Shown: in pieces, positions 22,074 to 32,472 of the stretch
Layout of the letters: each line of letters opens with the position of its first letter
How positions within the stretch are numbered: the stretch's first letter is position 1
Assembly: GCA_965214675.1 (NCBI GenBank)
Contig: OZ243969.1
Location: forward strand, 129,001-193,000
DNA length: 64,000 bases
Direction: 5' to 3'
Source: Gammaproteobacteria bacterium
GTDB taxonomy: Bacteria > Pseudomonadota > Gammaproteobacteria > UBA4575
Translations under genes and position numbers: made by a program
The notes under the pieces: model-generated
What the model was told of the DNA's origin: nothing
What the model saw: the letters and a program-made list of their open reading frames with translations, nothing else
The model's database searches: none

Positions 22074-23366
22074 CTAGAAATCATTGGTATCTTCAGGCGG
22101 AATATTTAACAGTACCCGTGCAGCATCGATCAACTCATTTTTACCCTGCTTGGCGGCCAGGTTGAGTGCTTCACTGGGGTCATGCATGAACTTGTTGCTC
22201 AAGGTATATGCCAGGTAATTCAAGGTTTCATCAACCGACTTTCCCTGTTCAAGCATTTTTTTTGCCTTCTCGAGCACGTCATCGCGCTGGAGTTCAGTCT
22301 TTTCACGAAAGGCCCGCACGGTATCAACTACACCTTGCCCACGCTGCCATAGAAAAAATTTATCGACCTCCCTGGCAATGATCTCCTCGGCAGCTTTTAC
22401 TGCTTTTTGACGGGATTGCAGGTTATGCTCAATGACGTCGTGCAGGTCGTCCACGGTGTATAAGTAAACATCAGAGAGCCCGGCGACTTCAGGCTCAATA
22501 TCCCTGGGTACGGCAAGGTCGACCATAAAAATGGGCTTGTGCCTGCGTTCTTTAAGGGCACGCTCCACCAGCCCCTTGCCAAGGATCGGCAGTGTGCTGG
22601 CTGTGGCCGTGATTACGATCTCGGATTCGGGCAGGACTTCATTGACAAGACTCAAGCCCACCCCGCGTCCACTTACCCGGCTGGCAATGTGTTCGGCACG
22701 TTCGACACTGCGATTGGCGACGACAATCTCACGTATCCCCGCAGCCTTCAAATGCTCTGCTGCAAGTTCAATGGTTTCGCCTGCACCGATCAGCAGGGCA
22801 GAATGATGGTGCAGCTCCCCGAATATCTTTTTCGACAGTGAGACGGCGGCAGAGGCTACGGATACAGGGTTTGCACCGATTTCCGTGCTGGTTCGAACCT
22901 CCTTGGCGACACTGAAGGCATGCTGAAAAAGCTGGTTGAGAGTGCGCCCGACGGTACCCGCCTGTGAGGCGTCCTGGTATGCAGATTTCAGCTGTCCCAG
23001 AATTTGTGGTTCCCCGATCACCATCGAATCCAGTCCGCAAGCCACACGGAAGATATGGTGGACGGTGGAATGGTCCTGGTAGTCATACAGATAAGGCGTC
23101 GTGTGTTCAGATTTCAGGTTATGGAAGGTATTCAACCAGTTCAGGATGCCCTTTCTGCCTTCTTGCATTTGCGTGACTTCGCAGTACATCTCGGTGCGGT
23201 TACAGGTTGAGACAATCAGTGCCTCCTCCACCTGGGGAACTTCAATTAACTTCCGCAGGGCGGATCGCAGATTCTGCTCGCTGATCGCGACAAGTTCACG
23301 CACATGAACCGGTGCCGTCGTGTGATTAATGCCAAGCGTGAGCAGCGACATGGGAACAGCCAGCAT
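22074..23366 (-). CDS. hemA: glutamyl-tRNA reductase
   Basis: 430 aa. STCNRTE active-site region. Classic hemA-prfA-prmC order. Confidence 0.93.
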   Translation of the reverse strand: MLAVPMSLLTLGINHTTAPVHVRELVAISEQNLRSALRKLIEVPQVEEALIVSTCNRTEMYCEVTQMQEGRKGILNWLNTFHNLKSEHTTPYLYDYQDHSTVHHIFRVACGLDSMVIGEPQILGQLKSAYQDASQAGTVGRTLNQLFQHAFSVAKEVRTSTEIGANPVSVASAAVSLSKKIFGELHHHSALLIGAGETIELAAEHLKAAGIREIVVANRSVERAEHIASRVSGRGVGLSLVNEVLPESEIVITATASTLPILGKGLVERALKERRHKPIFMVDLAVPRDIEPEVAGLSDVYLYTVDDLHDVIEHNLQSRQKAVKAAEEIIAREVDKFFLWQRGQGVVDTVRAFREKTELQRDDVLEKAKKMLEQGKSVDETLNYLAYTLSNKFMHDPSEALNLAAKQGKNELIDAARVLLNIPPEDTNDF

Positions 23367-23481
23367 TTATTGAAAATACCGGGCAAATACGTTGGGTAGC
23401 AGACATCGTATAGTCAGTTTCAGCCATTATTGATTTTGCCAAATTGCATGTGTAATGCCCAGTTATCTGAAGTAATATTGT

Positions 23482-24690
23482 GGGATTATGTAGCAAAATC
23501 CGCATGAAGACACACCGTACCATTTGTTACCGTCTGCACCCGCAAACACAGGCCAAGGCCCGCAAGCTGCATGAACTGGCAGGCGCCTGCCGCTATGTCT
23601 GGAATCACTTTGTCGGTGTGCTGCAAGATGAGTACAAGGCCTATGGGCGGTGTGATCCACGCTGGTTTGTGTTGAATTACCGATTTGCCAACCTGCGAAA
23701 GCAGGTGCCATGGCTGAAAGACTATGCATCCAACATTGTCCGGTTGTCATTAAAACCCATCGAGACAGCATACAAGCAATTCTACAAGGGAGAAGGCGGG
23801 CTGCCTAAATTCCACGGTAAACATACACACTCCCCATCTATTCCTTTGGGTGCAGGCTTGTTCAGGTTGCAGGGTGATTACCTGCATGTCCAGAAGATCG
23901 GGCAGCTCAAGCTGACAGGCAATAATCCTTATCCGGACGGTATCGTCAAGAGTGGTACGATCAAGTACGAAGCAGGCAAGTGGTATGCCTACATCACCAG
24001 TGAAGTACAGATCACGGCATTACCTGCATCCATCAAGCCTGTAGGCATAGACCGCAATGTCGGGCAGATTACGCTTTCAGACGGGCAAAGGTACTGCACG
24101 CCGGATACAGCCATGCTGGAAGCCCGGAAGCGCAGATACCAAAGAATGATGGCGCGCAGACAGAAAGGAAGCAGGAAGCAAGGGATCAAGCCCTCCAATC
24201 GCTACCTGAAAGCAAAGGGCCTTGCGGCACGCACTCAACAGCACATCGTGCAGAAACGTACAAACTGGTGTCACCAGGTATCCAGAGAAATTGCCGACCA
24301 GTATAACGTGGTCTACATGGAAGATCTGAATACGCAGGGCATGACGGCTAGTGGAAAAGGTAAAAAAGGACTTAACAAGGGCATCCTGAACTCTAGCTGG
24401 TACAAGCTGGAGCAGTGCCTGTCGTACAAGTCCAGTGTAGTGAAGGTTGCCCCACAGTACACGAGTCAGACGTGCCATGAATGTGGGCATGTCGACAAGA
24501 AGAATCGAAAGACCCAGTCAGGCTTTGAGTGCGTAGCCTGTGGGCATCGGGATAATGCGGACATGAATGCCGCATTGAATATTATGGCCTTCGGGAATGG
24601 GGCTGCTGGACGTGGAGGTCGCCGCAGTAGCGGGCCTGTGAAGCGTCAAACGGGTATCGAATCCCCTGCGGATTTAGGTACATAATTCCC
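23482..24690 (+). mobile_element. TnpB-only insertion element with terminal inverted repeats, copy 2 (diverged)
   Basis: Ends GGGATTATGTAGCAAAATCCGCA and TGCGGATTTAGGTACATAATTCCC are inverted copies. Flanks AATATTGT and TATTGGTA share only TATTG, so the target-site duplication is eroded. Inserted in the divergent hemA/TPR-lolB promoter region. Confidence 0.75.
23504..24685 (+). CDS. tnpB: TnpB RNA-guided endonuclease (OrfB), RuvC-like
   Basis: 393 aa from MKTHRT. Same RuvC and Zn-finger motifs as copy 1. The ORF is intact. Confidence 0.88.
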   Translation: MKTHRTICYRLHPQTQAKARKLHELAGACRYVWNHFVGVLQDEYKAYGRCDPRWFVLNYRFANLRKQVPWLKDYASNIVRLSLKPIETAYKQFYKGEGGLPKFHGKHTHSPSIPLGAGLFRLQGDYLHVQKIGQLKLTGNNPYPDGIVKSGTIKYEAGKWYAYITSEVQITALPASIKPVGIDRNVGQITLSDGQRYCTPDTAMLEARKRRYQRMMARRQKGSRKQGIKPSNRYLKAKGLAARTQQHIVQKRTNWCHQVSREIADQYNVVYMEDLNTQGMTASGKGKKGLNKGILNSSWYKLEQCLSYKSSVVKVAPQYTSQTCHECGHVDKKNRKTQSGFECVACGHRDNADMNAALNIMAFGNGAAGRGGRRSSGPVKRQTGIESPADLGT

Positions 24691-24710
24691 TATTGGTATA
24701 GTCTAATCGA
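24560..24710 (+). ncRNA. predicted TnpB omega-RNA with a guide extending into the flank TATTGGTATAGTCTAATC
   Basis: Analogy only. Confidence 0.3.
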
Positions 24711-24732
24711 ACTATTAACTCAACACAGCATA

Positions 24733-26490
24733 TTGGCAGTCAATCTCACCATCCTGCGTGTTTTCTGGGTCCCAATGATGCTGCTTGCTGGGCTGGGCTT
24801 GGTCGGTTGCGCAAGCACACCTGCTGATACCACGGCAAAAGACCCGATTCCGAACCCGGACCCGTCGCCTGCAATCAGTCGCCCACCTGCCCCTGAGTAC
24901 GGTCCTCACTCGGATCTCCTGTATGCAATTCTCCTCGGTGAACTGTCTGGTCAGTTCAACGACGTGAACCAGGCATTGGAGCATTACATGCGTGCGAGCC
25001 AGCTGAGCAGCGACCCGGCGGTGGCTGAACGAACGACACGGATCGCTATGGTGGCCAAGAATTGGGAAGCAGGGTTGCAGGCGGCACATCGCTGGTCCGA
25101 ACTGGCAGGTAGTGATCCGAAATTAAATCAGGTCCTTGGTGTGCTGGAACTGCGCAATGGCAACGTTGACAAGGCCGTTGTGCAATTCGAAATGCTCATG
25201 CTGAGTACCGGCGATTCTCCGGAAAAGGGCTTTGATATCCTGGGCGCGATTCTTGCCCGCGAGTCAGATTCCGATTCGGCGGCACGGGTGCTCGAGAAGC
25301 TGGTCAACAAGTACTTTGAAAATCCCTATGGACATCTCATACTCGCGGGCCTCGCACTGCAGGCAAGAGATTATCTGCGTGCACTGGATGAAAGTGAGCT
25401 GGCGATCGGGTTTGCACCAGAGCTGACAGATGCCCGTATTATGCGGGTCCAGGCCCTGTTAGGACTCGAGGAAACGGATGCTGCGCTCAAGGATATGAAA
25501 GTGCTTGCCGGGGAAACCCCGGAAAACCGTGAATTGCGCATGTCGTATGCGCGAATGCTGCTGACAGCAAAAAGATACGAAGAAGCCGAAGTTGAGTTTG
25601 AGTCCCTGTATGCAGAAAACCGTGATGACAGTGAACTGATCTATACCCTCGGACTGTTGCATCTGCAGCAAGAGCAGTTTGAAGCAGCCAAGGCAGATTT
25701 TACCCGTCTGATGCAAAGCAGCCAGCGTAAAGACGAAGGACATTACTACCTGGGACGGATCGCTGAACAGCAGAAAGATTTTTTGACAGCCATCACTGAA
25801 TTTGAACAGGTCGGGAGGGGACAATATTTCCTGGATTCCAGGGCCCGAATTGCTTCCGTTTATGTCGAGACCAAAGGTCTTGAAAAAGCACAACAGTACT
25901 TGGCGGAGTTTCGCAGTCGGCTGAATACACCGGATGAAATCGTTCAAGTGTACCTGGTCGAAGGGCAACTGCTACACGAGAAGGAACTCTATGTGATCGC
26001 CATCGACCTTTATAGTGAAGGTTTGCAAAAATATCCGGGTCACCGCGATTTGCTGTATGCACGGGCCCTGATGGCAGAGGAAATTGACCGGATCGATTTG
26101 CTTGAATCTGATCTGAGAGCCATTCTGTCCGAGGATCCTGACAATGCCTTGGCATTGAACGCCTTGGGGTATACCCTGGCCGATCACAACTCTCGGATTG
26201 GTGAAGCGTTGAAATACGTCGAGCGTGCCCTGGAAATTCGCCCGGATGACCCCGCGGTCATTGACAGCATGGGCTGGGTTCAGTTTCGTTTGGGCAATTA
26301 TGAGCGGGCAGAGCAGTATTTACGCAGGGCATACCAGTTGCTTGAGGATGCTGAAATTGGAGGACATCTTGTGGAGTTGTTCTGGGCGCAAGGGGATCAC
26401 GACAGCGCACAAAAGATGATGCAGGAAGTGCTGGAGCGTTTTCCCGACGAGGAATACCTGCTGGAACTGCAAAAAAAATTCCAGCAGTAA
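24733..26490 (+). CDS. TPR-repeat lipoprotein
   Basis: Signal peptide plus lipobox LVGC. Multiple TPR-like repeats. Same position as the TPR gene upstream of lolB in Pseudomonas. Confidence 0.75.
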   Translation: MAVNLTILRVFWVPMMLLAGLGLVGCASTPADTTAKDPIPNPDPSPAISRPPAPEYGPHSDLLYAILLGELSGQFNDVNQALEHYMRASQLSSDPAVAERTTRIAMVAKNWEAGLQAAHRWSELAGSDPKLNQVLGVLELRNGNVDKAVVQFEMLMLSTGDSPEKGFDILGAILARESDSDSAARVLEKLVNKYFENPYGHLILAGLALQARDYLRALDESELAIGFAPELTDARIMRVQALLGLEETDAALKDMKVLAGETPENRELRMSYARMLLTAKRYEEAEVEFESLYAENRDDSELIYTLGLLHLQQEQFEAAKADFTRLMQSSQRKDEGHYYLGRIAEQQKDFLTAITEFEQVGRGQYFLDSRARIASVYVETKGLEKAQQYLAEFRSRLNTPDEIVQVYLVEGQLLHEKELYVIAIDLYSEGLQKYPGHRDLLYARALMAEEIDRIDLLESDLRAILSEDPDNALALNALGYTLADHNSRIGEALKYVERALEIRPDDPAVIDSMGWVQFRLGNYERAEQYLRRAYQLLEDAEIGGHLVELFWAQGDHDSAQKMMQEVLERFPDEEYLLELQKKFQQ

Positions 26491-26502
26491 GGTGCAGGTC
26501 CA

Positions 26503-27123
26503 ATGTGCCGGTCCGGTGTTTTTTGTGTAATCCTGCTTGCCCTGTCGGCATGCACATCGGTCCGCGACCTGTCCAGTCGACCGCATCCCGATAGGTTCGA
26601 CATGCAAGCATGGCAAGTCCATCAGACATCGCTTGAGAACCTGCAGACGTGGAGCTTGAAGGGTCGGGTTGCTGGCAAATCCAACAACGAGGGATTCCAG
26701 GCAGGTGTACGCTGGGTACAGAATCCGCTGACATTCAGCATTGACCTGCATGGACCATTGGGACGCAAGACAGCGGTCCTGTCCGGGGTGACTGGACAGG
26801 TCCAGCTCAGCACTTCCAGAGGAGAGCACTACTTTGCCGACAACCCCGAAATCCTGATGCAAAATCTGCTCGGTTATGCATTGCCCGTGGCCGGGTTGCA
26901 GTATTGGGTTCGCGGCATTCCAGACCCGGATGAAAAGGTGTTGTTGCTGGAGCTCGATGCAAAGGGCCGTTTGCTGCATCTCCGTCAGTCAGGATGGGAC
27001 ATTGACTATAATCGCTACCATGAAGGACAGCCTGCGTTACCGGCGCTTGTAGAAATTTCAAGCCCGACCCTGTATGCAAAAATTATTGTAGACCGATGGT
27101 ATCTCGATGCGACATTGAATTGA
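26503..27123 (+). CDS. lolB: outer-membrane lipoprotein LolB
   Basis: 206 aa. Lipobox LSAC. Conserved lolB-ispE-prs neighbourhood. Confidence 0.8.
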   Translation: MCRSGVFCVILLALSACTSVRDLSSRPHPDRFDMQAWQVHQTSLENLQTWSLKGRVAGKSNNEGFQAGVRWVQNPLTFSIDLHGPLGRKTAVLSGVTGQVQLSTSRGEHYFADNPEILMQNLLGYALPVAGLQYWVRGIPDPDEKVLLLELDAKGRLLHLRQSGWDIDYNRYHEGQPALPALVEISSPTLYAKIIVDRWYLDATLN

Positions 27124-27156
27124 TGGGCAACGTCTGCATGGCTGCAAGGATCGACA

Positions 27157-28026
27157 GTGAGTACCTCTAGCGATTGCGAGTCGCATGTCACAAAGTGGCT
27201 GGCCCCGGCAAAGCTGAATTTATTTCTGCACATCGTGGGACGTCGCGACGATGGCCACCACTTATTGCAAACGGCCATCCAGTTTATCGATATCTGTGAT
27301 GAGTTGAGTTTCACGGTCAATGACGAGGGTGAGATCGGATGCACGGGTGCAGACGGTAGTATCCGCCAGCAACATGACTTGACGGTGCGGGCCGCCAGAC
27401 TTTTGCAAAACGAATGCTCCGTTCGAAAAGGTGTCGACATTCACCTCAAGAAAGTCATCCCAACGGGCGCAGGTTTTGGCGGAGGCAGTTCCGATGCGGC
27501 AACGGTATTGCTGGCACTTAACCGTCTCTGGGGGTGCGGCCTGGATACCCGTGTGCTGGAGACGCTGGGTGCTCAACTGGGTGCCGATGTGCCTGTTTTC
27601 GTGCGTGGAGAAGCCAGCTGGGTCGAAGGCGTTGGCGAGCGCCTGCAAGCCATGGAATTTCCCGAGACCTGGTATGTCGCCGTCTTCCCCCGTGTGCATT
27701 TGGATACCCGGGAAATGTTTGCCCATCCTGAGCTGGTGCGGGAATGTATACCGATCCCGGCGAAAGACCTTGTACTGCAGCAAACGCAAAACGTATTCGA
27801 ACCTATCGCCCGTCAACATGCCCAGATAGAACATGCCTGGCAGTGGCTGAGCCGGTACTCACGTGTACGGCTAACGGGTTCAGGGAGCAGTCTGTATGCG
27901 CCCTGCAAGTCTCAACGTCAGGCTGAAGCAATCGTTGCAGATTGCCCACAGGGCCTGGATGCCTTCGCAGCAAAAAGCATGAATCGTTCGCCTGTGTATT
28001 CGCTATGCAGGTATAATCGAGTATAG
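27157..28026 (+). CDS. ispE: 4-diphosphocytidyl-2-C-methyl-D-erythritol kinase
   Basis: WLAPAKLNLFLHIVGRRDDGHH and the GHMP-kinase motif PTGAGFGGGSSDAA. Confidence 0.9.
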   Translation: MSTSSDCESHVTKWLAPAKLNLFLHIVGRRDDGHHLLQTAIQFIDICDELSFTVNDEGEIGCTGADGSIRQQHDLTVRAARLLQNECSVRKGVDIHLKKVIPTGAGFGGGSSDAATVLLALNRLWGCGLDTRVLETLGAQLGADVPVFVRGEASWVEGVGERLQAMEFPETWYVAVFPRVHLDTREMFAHPELVRECIPIPAKDLVLQQTQNVFEPIARQHAQIEHAWQWLSRYSRVRLTGSGSSLYAPCKSQRQAEAIVADCPQGLDAFAAKSMNRSPVYSLCRYNRV

Positions 28027-28042
28027 TGCAGCCCCAGATATT

Positions 28043-28117
28043 TGGGCCGTCGCCAAGTGGTAAGGCACCGGGTTTTGATCCCGGCATTCGCAGGTTCGAA
28101 TCCTGCCGGCCCAGCCA
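28043..28117 (+). tRNA. tRNA-Gln (anticodon UUG)
   Basis: Near-identical to E. coli tRNA-Gln: TGGG..TCGCCAAGTGGTAAGGCACCGGGTTTTGATCCCGGCATTC..GGTTCGAATCC..CCAGCCA. Anticodon loop TTTTGAT. Confidence 0.9.
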
Positions 28118-28153
28118 ACGAACATGCTAACTTAAATTAGGCGCCATACCGAT

Positions 28154-29128
28154 ATGATCCGTGAACGAGTTTTGCCTGTAGACAACAGCCTCATGGTATT
28201 TTCCGGTAATGCGCATACCAGGCTTACCCAGAATATTGTTGACTACCTGAATATCCCCTTGGGAAAAGCGCTGATCAGCCGTTTTAGTGATGGGGAAGTT
28301 CAGGTAGAAATCCAGGAGAACGTGCGTGGCAAGGATGTATTCGTTGTCCAGCCCACCAGCAACCCCACCAATGACCATATTATGGAGTTGCTGATTATTG
28401 TGGATGCCTTGAGACGTGCCTCGGCAGAACGGATTACCACAGTCATTCCTTATTTCGGTTATTCACGTCAGGATCGGCGCGTTCGTTCGATACGGGTTCC
28501 CATCTCTGCCAAAGTGGTAGCCAACCTGCTTTCGAGTGTCGGGACAAACCGTGTGCTTACTGTCGACTTGCATGCCGATCAGATTCAGGGATTCTTCGAT
28601 ATACCCGTTGACAACGTATACGCCTCACCTGTACTGCTGGGGGATATTTACAAACGCAAGCATCCCAATCTGATTGTGGTATCCCCGGATGTAGGCGGTG
28701 TAGTGCGCGCCAGGGCCCTGGCCAAGCGCCTGGATGATGCTGACCTGGCCATCATTGACAAACGCCGTTCCCAGGCGAACCAAAGCAAAGTCATGCATAT
28801 TATCGGTGAAGTGGAAGGCAAGGATTGTTTTATCATTGACGATCTGGTAGATACTGCGGGCACTCTGTGTCAGGCGGCCAGTGCACTGAAGGAGCATGGG
28901 GCCAATACGGTCCAGGCCTATGCGACCCATCCGGTTCTTTCCGGCAATGCCATCAAAAACATTGAGAGTTCAGAGCTGGATGAACTGGTCGTAACTGATA
29001 CAATTGCGCTCCGTGAAGATGCCCGGGCATGTTCACGGATACGTCAGCTGGAAGTTTCAGCACTGATCGCAGAGTCCATGCGCAGGATCAACCAGGAAGA
29101 GTCGGTCAGTACCCTCTACATGGATTAA
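28154..29128 (+). CDS. prs: ribose-phosphate pyrophosphokinase
   Basis: [26 protein letters not shown] plus the PRPP-binding motif. Start may instead be the internal ATG at 28193 (MVFSGNA). Confidence 0.92.
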   Translation: MIRERVLPVDNSLMVFSGNAHTRLTQNIVDYLNIPLGKALISRFSDGEVQVEIQENVRGKDVFVVQPTSNPTNDHIMELLIIVDALRRASAERITTVIPYFGYSRQDRRVRSIRVPISAKVVANLLSSVGTNRVLTVDLHADQIQGFFDIPVDNVYASPVLLGDIYKRKHPNLIVVSPDVGGVVRARALAKRLDDADLAIIDKRRSQANQSKVMHIIGEVEGKDCFIIDDLVDTAGTLCQAASALKEHGANTVQAYATHPVLSGNAIKNIESSELDELVVTDTIALREDARACSRIRQLEVSALIAESMRRINQEESVSTLYMD

Positions 29129-29178
29129 CTAGAATTGCAGTCCGGCCCAAACGGCAGCCAGGACAGTCGGAGAATAAA

Positions 29179-29862
29179 ATGAGTATCGATTACAAGTTGA
29201 ATGCCCATGCCCGCGATGAACGCGGTAAAAACGCAAGTAGAAGGCTGCGTGCAGCAGGCCAGGTGCCGGGGATCATTTATGGAGGCGGAGAACCTCCTGA
29301 AGCGGTGACCTTTGAGCATGATCATCTGATGAACAATCTGGAGAACGAGGCATTCTACTCACATGTGCTAACCATCGATGTGGATGGCACATCCCAGAAG
29401 GCCATCTTGCGTGAACTCCAGCGCCATCCGCACAAACCGACCGTGTTGCATCTGGATTTGTTGCGTGTGCGTGAAGACACGCATATTAACGTGCATGTTC
29501 CCCTTCACTTTATCAATGAAGACACCTGTCATGGTGTCAAGCTGGGAGGGGGCGTCATCAGCCATAACATGGTTGAACTGGAAGTTTCATGCTTGCCCAG
29601 GCATCTACCTGAATTCATTGAAGTGGATGTTCAGGAACTTGACCTGAACGACTCACTTCACCTAAGTGATATCCAGGTGCCTGAAGGGGTTACCATTCTG
29701 GAACTGGCACACGGTGAGGGACATGATCATACGGTTGTATCCGTACATGCAAAACGAGCCGAAGAAACGATCGAGGATGAGGAAGAAGAAGGCTTGGATG
29801 ATACTGCAGAAGATGCCCAGGATGAGGAAGAGGATGGTTCAGAACAAAATGATGCCTCATGA
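29179..29862 (+). CDS. rplY: 50S ribosomal protein L25, Ctc/general-stress form with an acidic C-terminal tail
   Basis: N-terminal L25 domain ([26 protein letters not shown]). 227 aa with a D/E-rich tail. RBS GGAGAA. Upstream of pth as in Pseudomonas. Confidence 0.88.
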   Translation: MSIDYKLNAHARDERGKNASRRLRAAGQVPGIIYGGGEPPEAVTFEHDHLMNNLENEAFYSHVLTIDVDGTSQKAILRELQRHPHKPTVLHLDLLRVREDTHINVHVPLHFINEDTCHGVKLGGGVISHNMVELEVSCLPRHLPEFIEVDVQELDLNDSLHLSDIQVPEGVTILELAHGEGHDHTVVSVHAKRAEETIEDEEEEGLDDTAEDAQDEEEDGSEQNDAS

Positions 29863-29875
29863 TCTCTAGTCCATT

Positions 29876-30472
29876 GTGGCTACACATCGCGGTATACGGC
29901 TGGTAGCTGGTTTAGGCAACCCCGACGCAAAATATTCAATGACCCGGCACAATGCCGGGTTTTGGTTTGCAGATGCGATAGCCCGGCAGCACGGTATCCA
30001 ATTTCGTTATCAGGAAAGGTTCAAAGGTGAGGTTGCCCAGTTCATCTTTGAGGGCGAGAAGATCTGGCTGCTCAAGCCCCTGACGTTTATGAACGAGAGC
30101 GGTATTTCACTGCGCGCCTTCACAGAGTTTTACAGGATTCCTTTACAGCAGATCCTGGTTGCCCACGATGAGATCGACTTGCCCAATGGCTCTGCAAGAA
30201 TCAAATGGGCAGGAGGGCATGGCGGGCATAACGGGTTGAAAAGCATCTTTGCCCATCTGGGTTCAGATTTTTTGCGCTTGCGCCTCGGGGTTGGACATCC
30301 AGGCCACAAGGATGATGTGATCGAATATGTACTGAAGAAGCCGGATGTAGAGGAACGTCATGAAGTCGATACGGCAATTGACAGGGTTGCAGGTATTTTG
30401 GATGAACTGCTCAAGGGCGATACGGAAGCTGCAATGAAAATACTCCATACCCGGAATCTGCATGGGCTTTAG
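29876..30472 (+). CDS. pth: peptidyl-tRNA hydrolase
   Basis: [23 protein letters not shown] motif. 198 aa. Confidence 0.92.
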   Translation: MATHRGIRLVAGLGNPDAKYSMTRHNAGFWFADAIARQHGIQFRYQERFKGEVAQFIFEGEKIWLLKPLTFMNESGISLRAFTEFYRIPLQQILVAHDEIDLPNGSARIKWAGGHGGHNGLKSIFAHLGSDFLRLRLGVGHPGHKDDVIEYVLKKPDVEERHEVDTAIDRVAGILDELLKGDTEAAMKILHTRNLHGL

Positions 30473-31553
30473 ATGCGGCATCGTCGGCTTGCCCAATGTG
30501 GGGAAGTCCACCATGTTTAATGCATTGACTGCAGCCCACATCGCAGCGGAGAACTACCCATTTTGTACAATCGATCCGAATGTTGGGGTCATCCCTGTAC
30601 CGGACCTGAGATTAAGTACACTCGCACAGATAGCGAATCCTGAAAAAATCATACCAACCACGATCGAATTCGTGGATATTGCCGGACTGGTGGCAGGTGC
30701 TTCGCAAGGAGAGGGGCTGGGAAATCAATTTCTTGGCCATATTCGTGAAACGGATGCGATTGCCCATGTCGTACGCTGCTTTGATGATGAAAATGTTATT
30801 CATGTGGATGGGAAGGTCAATCCGCTCTCGGACCTTGAAACGATCTCAACCGAATTGATTCTGGCCGATCTGGCAACGGTGGGTAATGCCATTGGCAGAG
30901 CAGAGCGGGCAGCGAAGTCAGGGGACAAGGAAGCGGTCACGCAACTGGCAATGTACATGAGCCTTAAAACGCATCTGGAGGAGGAGTTGCCGGCCTACAG
31001 TTTCGAGGTTGAGGATGAGCACAGGTATTCCTTTAAAGCATTGCACCTGCTTACAGGCAAGCCGGCATTCTATATTGCTAATGTTGCAGAGGACGGGTTC
31101 GAGCAAAACCCGCATCTCGATCGGCTACGGGAGACTACAAAACTGCGATCTGCGCAAGTGATCCCGGTGTGTGCAAAGATTGAAGCTGAATTGACACAAC
31201 TGGACGATGAGGAGCAGCAGGTCTATCTCGCTGAGCTTGGTCTGGAAGAGCCTGGCTTGAACCGGGTGATCCGCGCGGGCTACGAGTTACTGGGATTGCT
31301 GACATTTTTCACTGCTGGTCCAAAGGAGGTCCGCGCCTGGACAATACGAAGGGGCACCATGGCGCCTCAGGCAGCCGGCAAGATTCATACTGATTTTGAA
31401 AAAGGATTCATCCGTGCAGAGGTTGTCAGCTATGAGGATTATGTGGACGCAAAAGGCGAGCTGGGTGCGAAAGAAGAGGGTAAATGGCGTCTTGAAGGGA
31501 AGCAGTATGTGATTCAGGAAGGAGACGTCGTGCATTTCCGTTTCAATGTCTAG
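30462..31553 (+). CDS. ychF: ribosome-binding ATPase YchF
   Basis: [13 protein letters not shown]-loop. 363 aa with a TGS domain C-terminus. Confidence 0.95.
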   Translation: MGFRCGIVGLPNVGKSTMFNALTAAHIAAENYPFCTIDPNVGVIPVPDLRLSTLAQIANPEKIIPTTIEFVDIAGLVAGASQGEGLGNQFLGHIRETDAIAHVVRCFDDENVIHVDGKVNPLSDLETISTELILADLATVGNAIGRAERAAKSGDKEAVTQLAMYMSLKTHLEEELPAYSFEVEDEHRYSFKALHLLTGKPAFYIANVAEDGFEQNPHLDRLRETTKLRSAQVIPVCAKIEAELTQLDDEEQQVYLAELGLEEPGLNRVIRAGYELLGLLTFFTAGPKEVRAWTIRRGTMAPQAAGKIHTDFEKGFIRAEVVSYEDYVDAKGELGAKEEGKWRLEGKQYVIQEGDVVHFRFNV

Positions 31554-31608
31554 TGTTATTGACATCGCCTTGCGGGTTTCTGTACCTTTCACTGTTTTCC
31601 CCGAGCGT

Positions 31609-31685
31609 GGCTATGTAGCTCAGCTGGTTAGAGCACAGCATTCATAATGCTGGGGTCGTTGGTTCAAGTCCAACCATAGCCACCA
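31609..31685 (+). tRNA. tRNA-Met (CAU), elongator type (tRNA-Ile2/lysidine not excluded)
   Basis: GGCTATGTAGCTCAGCTGGTTAGAGCACAGCATTCATAATGCTGGGGTCGTTGGTTCAAGTCCAACCATAGCCACCA. Close to E. coli metT. Anticodon loop TTCATAA. Encoded CCA. Confidence 0.88.
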
Positions 31686-31869
31686 TTACATAATCCAAAG
31701 ACGTCCTGTAATGTCCTTATTTGTCTATATAATCATATATTTATAGTGGAATCGCGTCCACAATGATCCTCTGAAGTTTATTGACAATTGGGGGCAGAAT
31801 TGGGGGCAAGTGCACCATCTGTAAAGGGAGTTGCCCCCATGAACTTGTCCAGTCCTGGGTCAGACAGGG

Positions 31870-32379
31870 TCAATTCTGATCGCATTCCCTCTTGTTCACA
31901 GGCAAGTAATCGGCAAGAAATTCGTCTGTAAGCAGAGCAATGGCGCTAAGGATCGGTTTGCTGTCGCCAACATGTGTTCCCAGGGTACTGGTAGTCCATA
32001 CCGTGACAAAGCCACCGATCCCGTACCCCATATCCATTACATACCGATTCAGGCTCAGGCTGGCAGTAAAGGTATCACCTGAATCAGAGAGATTCACGCC
32101 GGCACTAAGATACTGACTCGTTTCAATCTTGAATAAATCAACTGTGCGCAGACGCCGTTCAATTTCATGTTCGACAGCTTCTCGCATCAGCCCAATTTTG
32201 CGAGACTGGCCGGCATGCAACGGCTCAACGCTCAGGTCCATCGGAGCACACAGGGTAAATAGATTTCTATGTGATAGAACAAGAGGTCCGTCGGCCTGAA
32301 CTCCACATGCCAGGAGGATCAATCCCGCAATCAGAGACGACCCTGAATAACGCAAACTTTTCATTAGAGAAAGCTTCAC
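31870..32379 (-). CDS. hypothetical lipoprotein, 169 aa
   Basis: Signal peptide with lipobox LLACG. No recognisable family. Confidence 0.45.
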   Translation of the reverse strand: MKLSLMKSLRYSGSSLIAGLILLACGVQADGPLVLSHRNLFTLCAPMDLSVEPLHAGQSRKIGLMREAVEHEIERRLRTVDLFKIETSQYLSAGVNLSDSGDTFTASLSLNRYVMDMGYGIGGFVTVWTTSTLGTHVGDSKPILSAIALLTDEFLADYLPVNKRECDQN

Positions 32380-32472
32380 TACGATGAAGGGTGACTGTTA
32401 TCAGATACGCCGTATTGAGACTGATTGATCACGCCGCAACCGGGAGAGCGGGAGTGGCACCCCAGATCGGGT

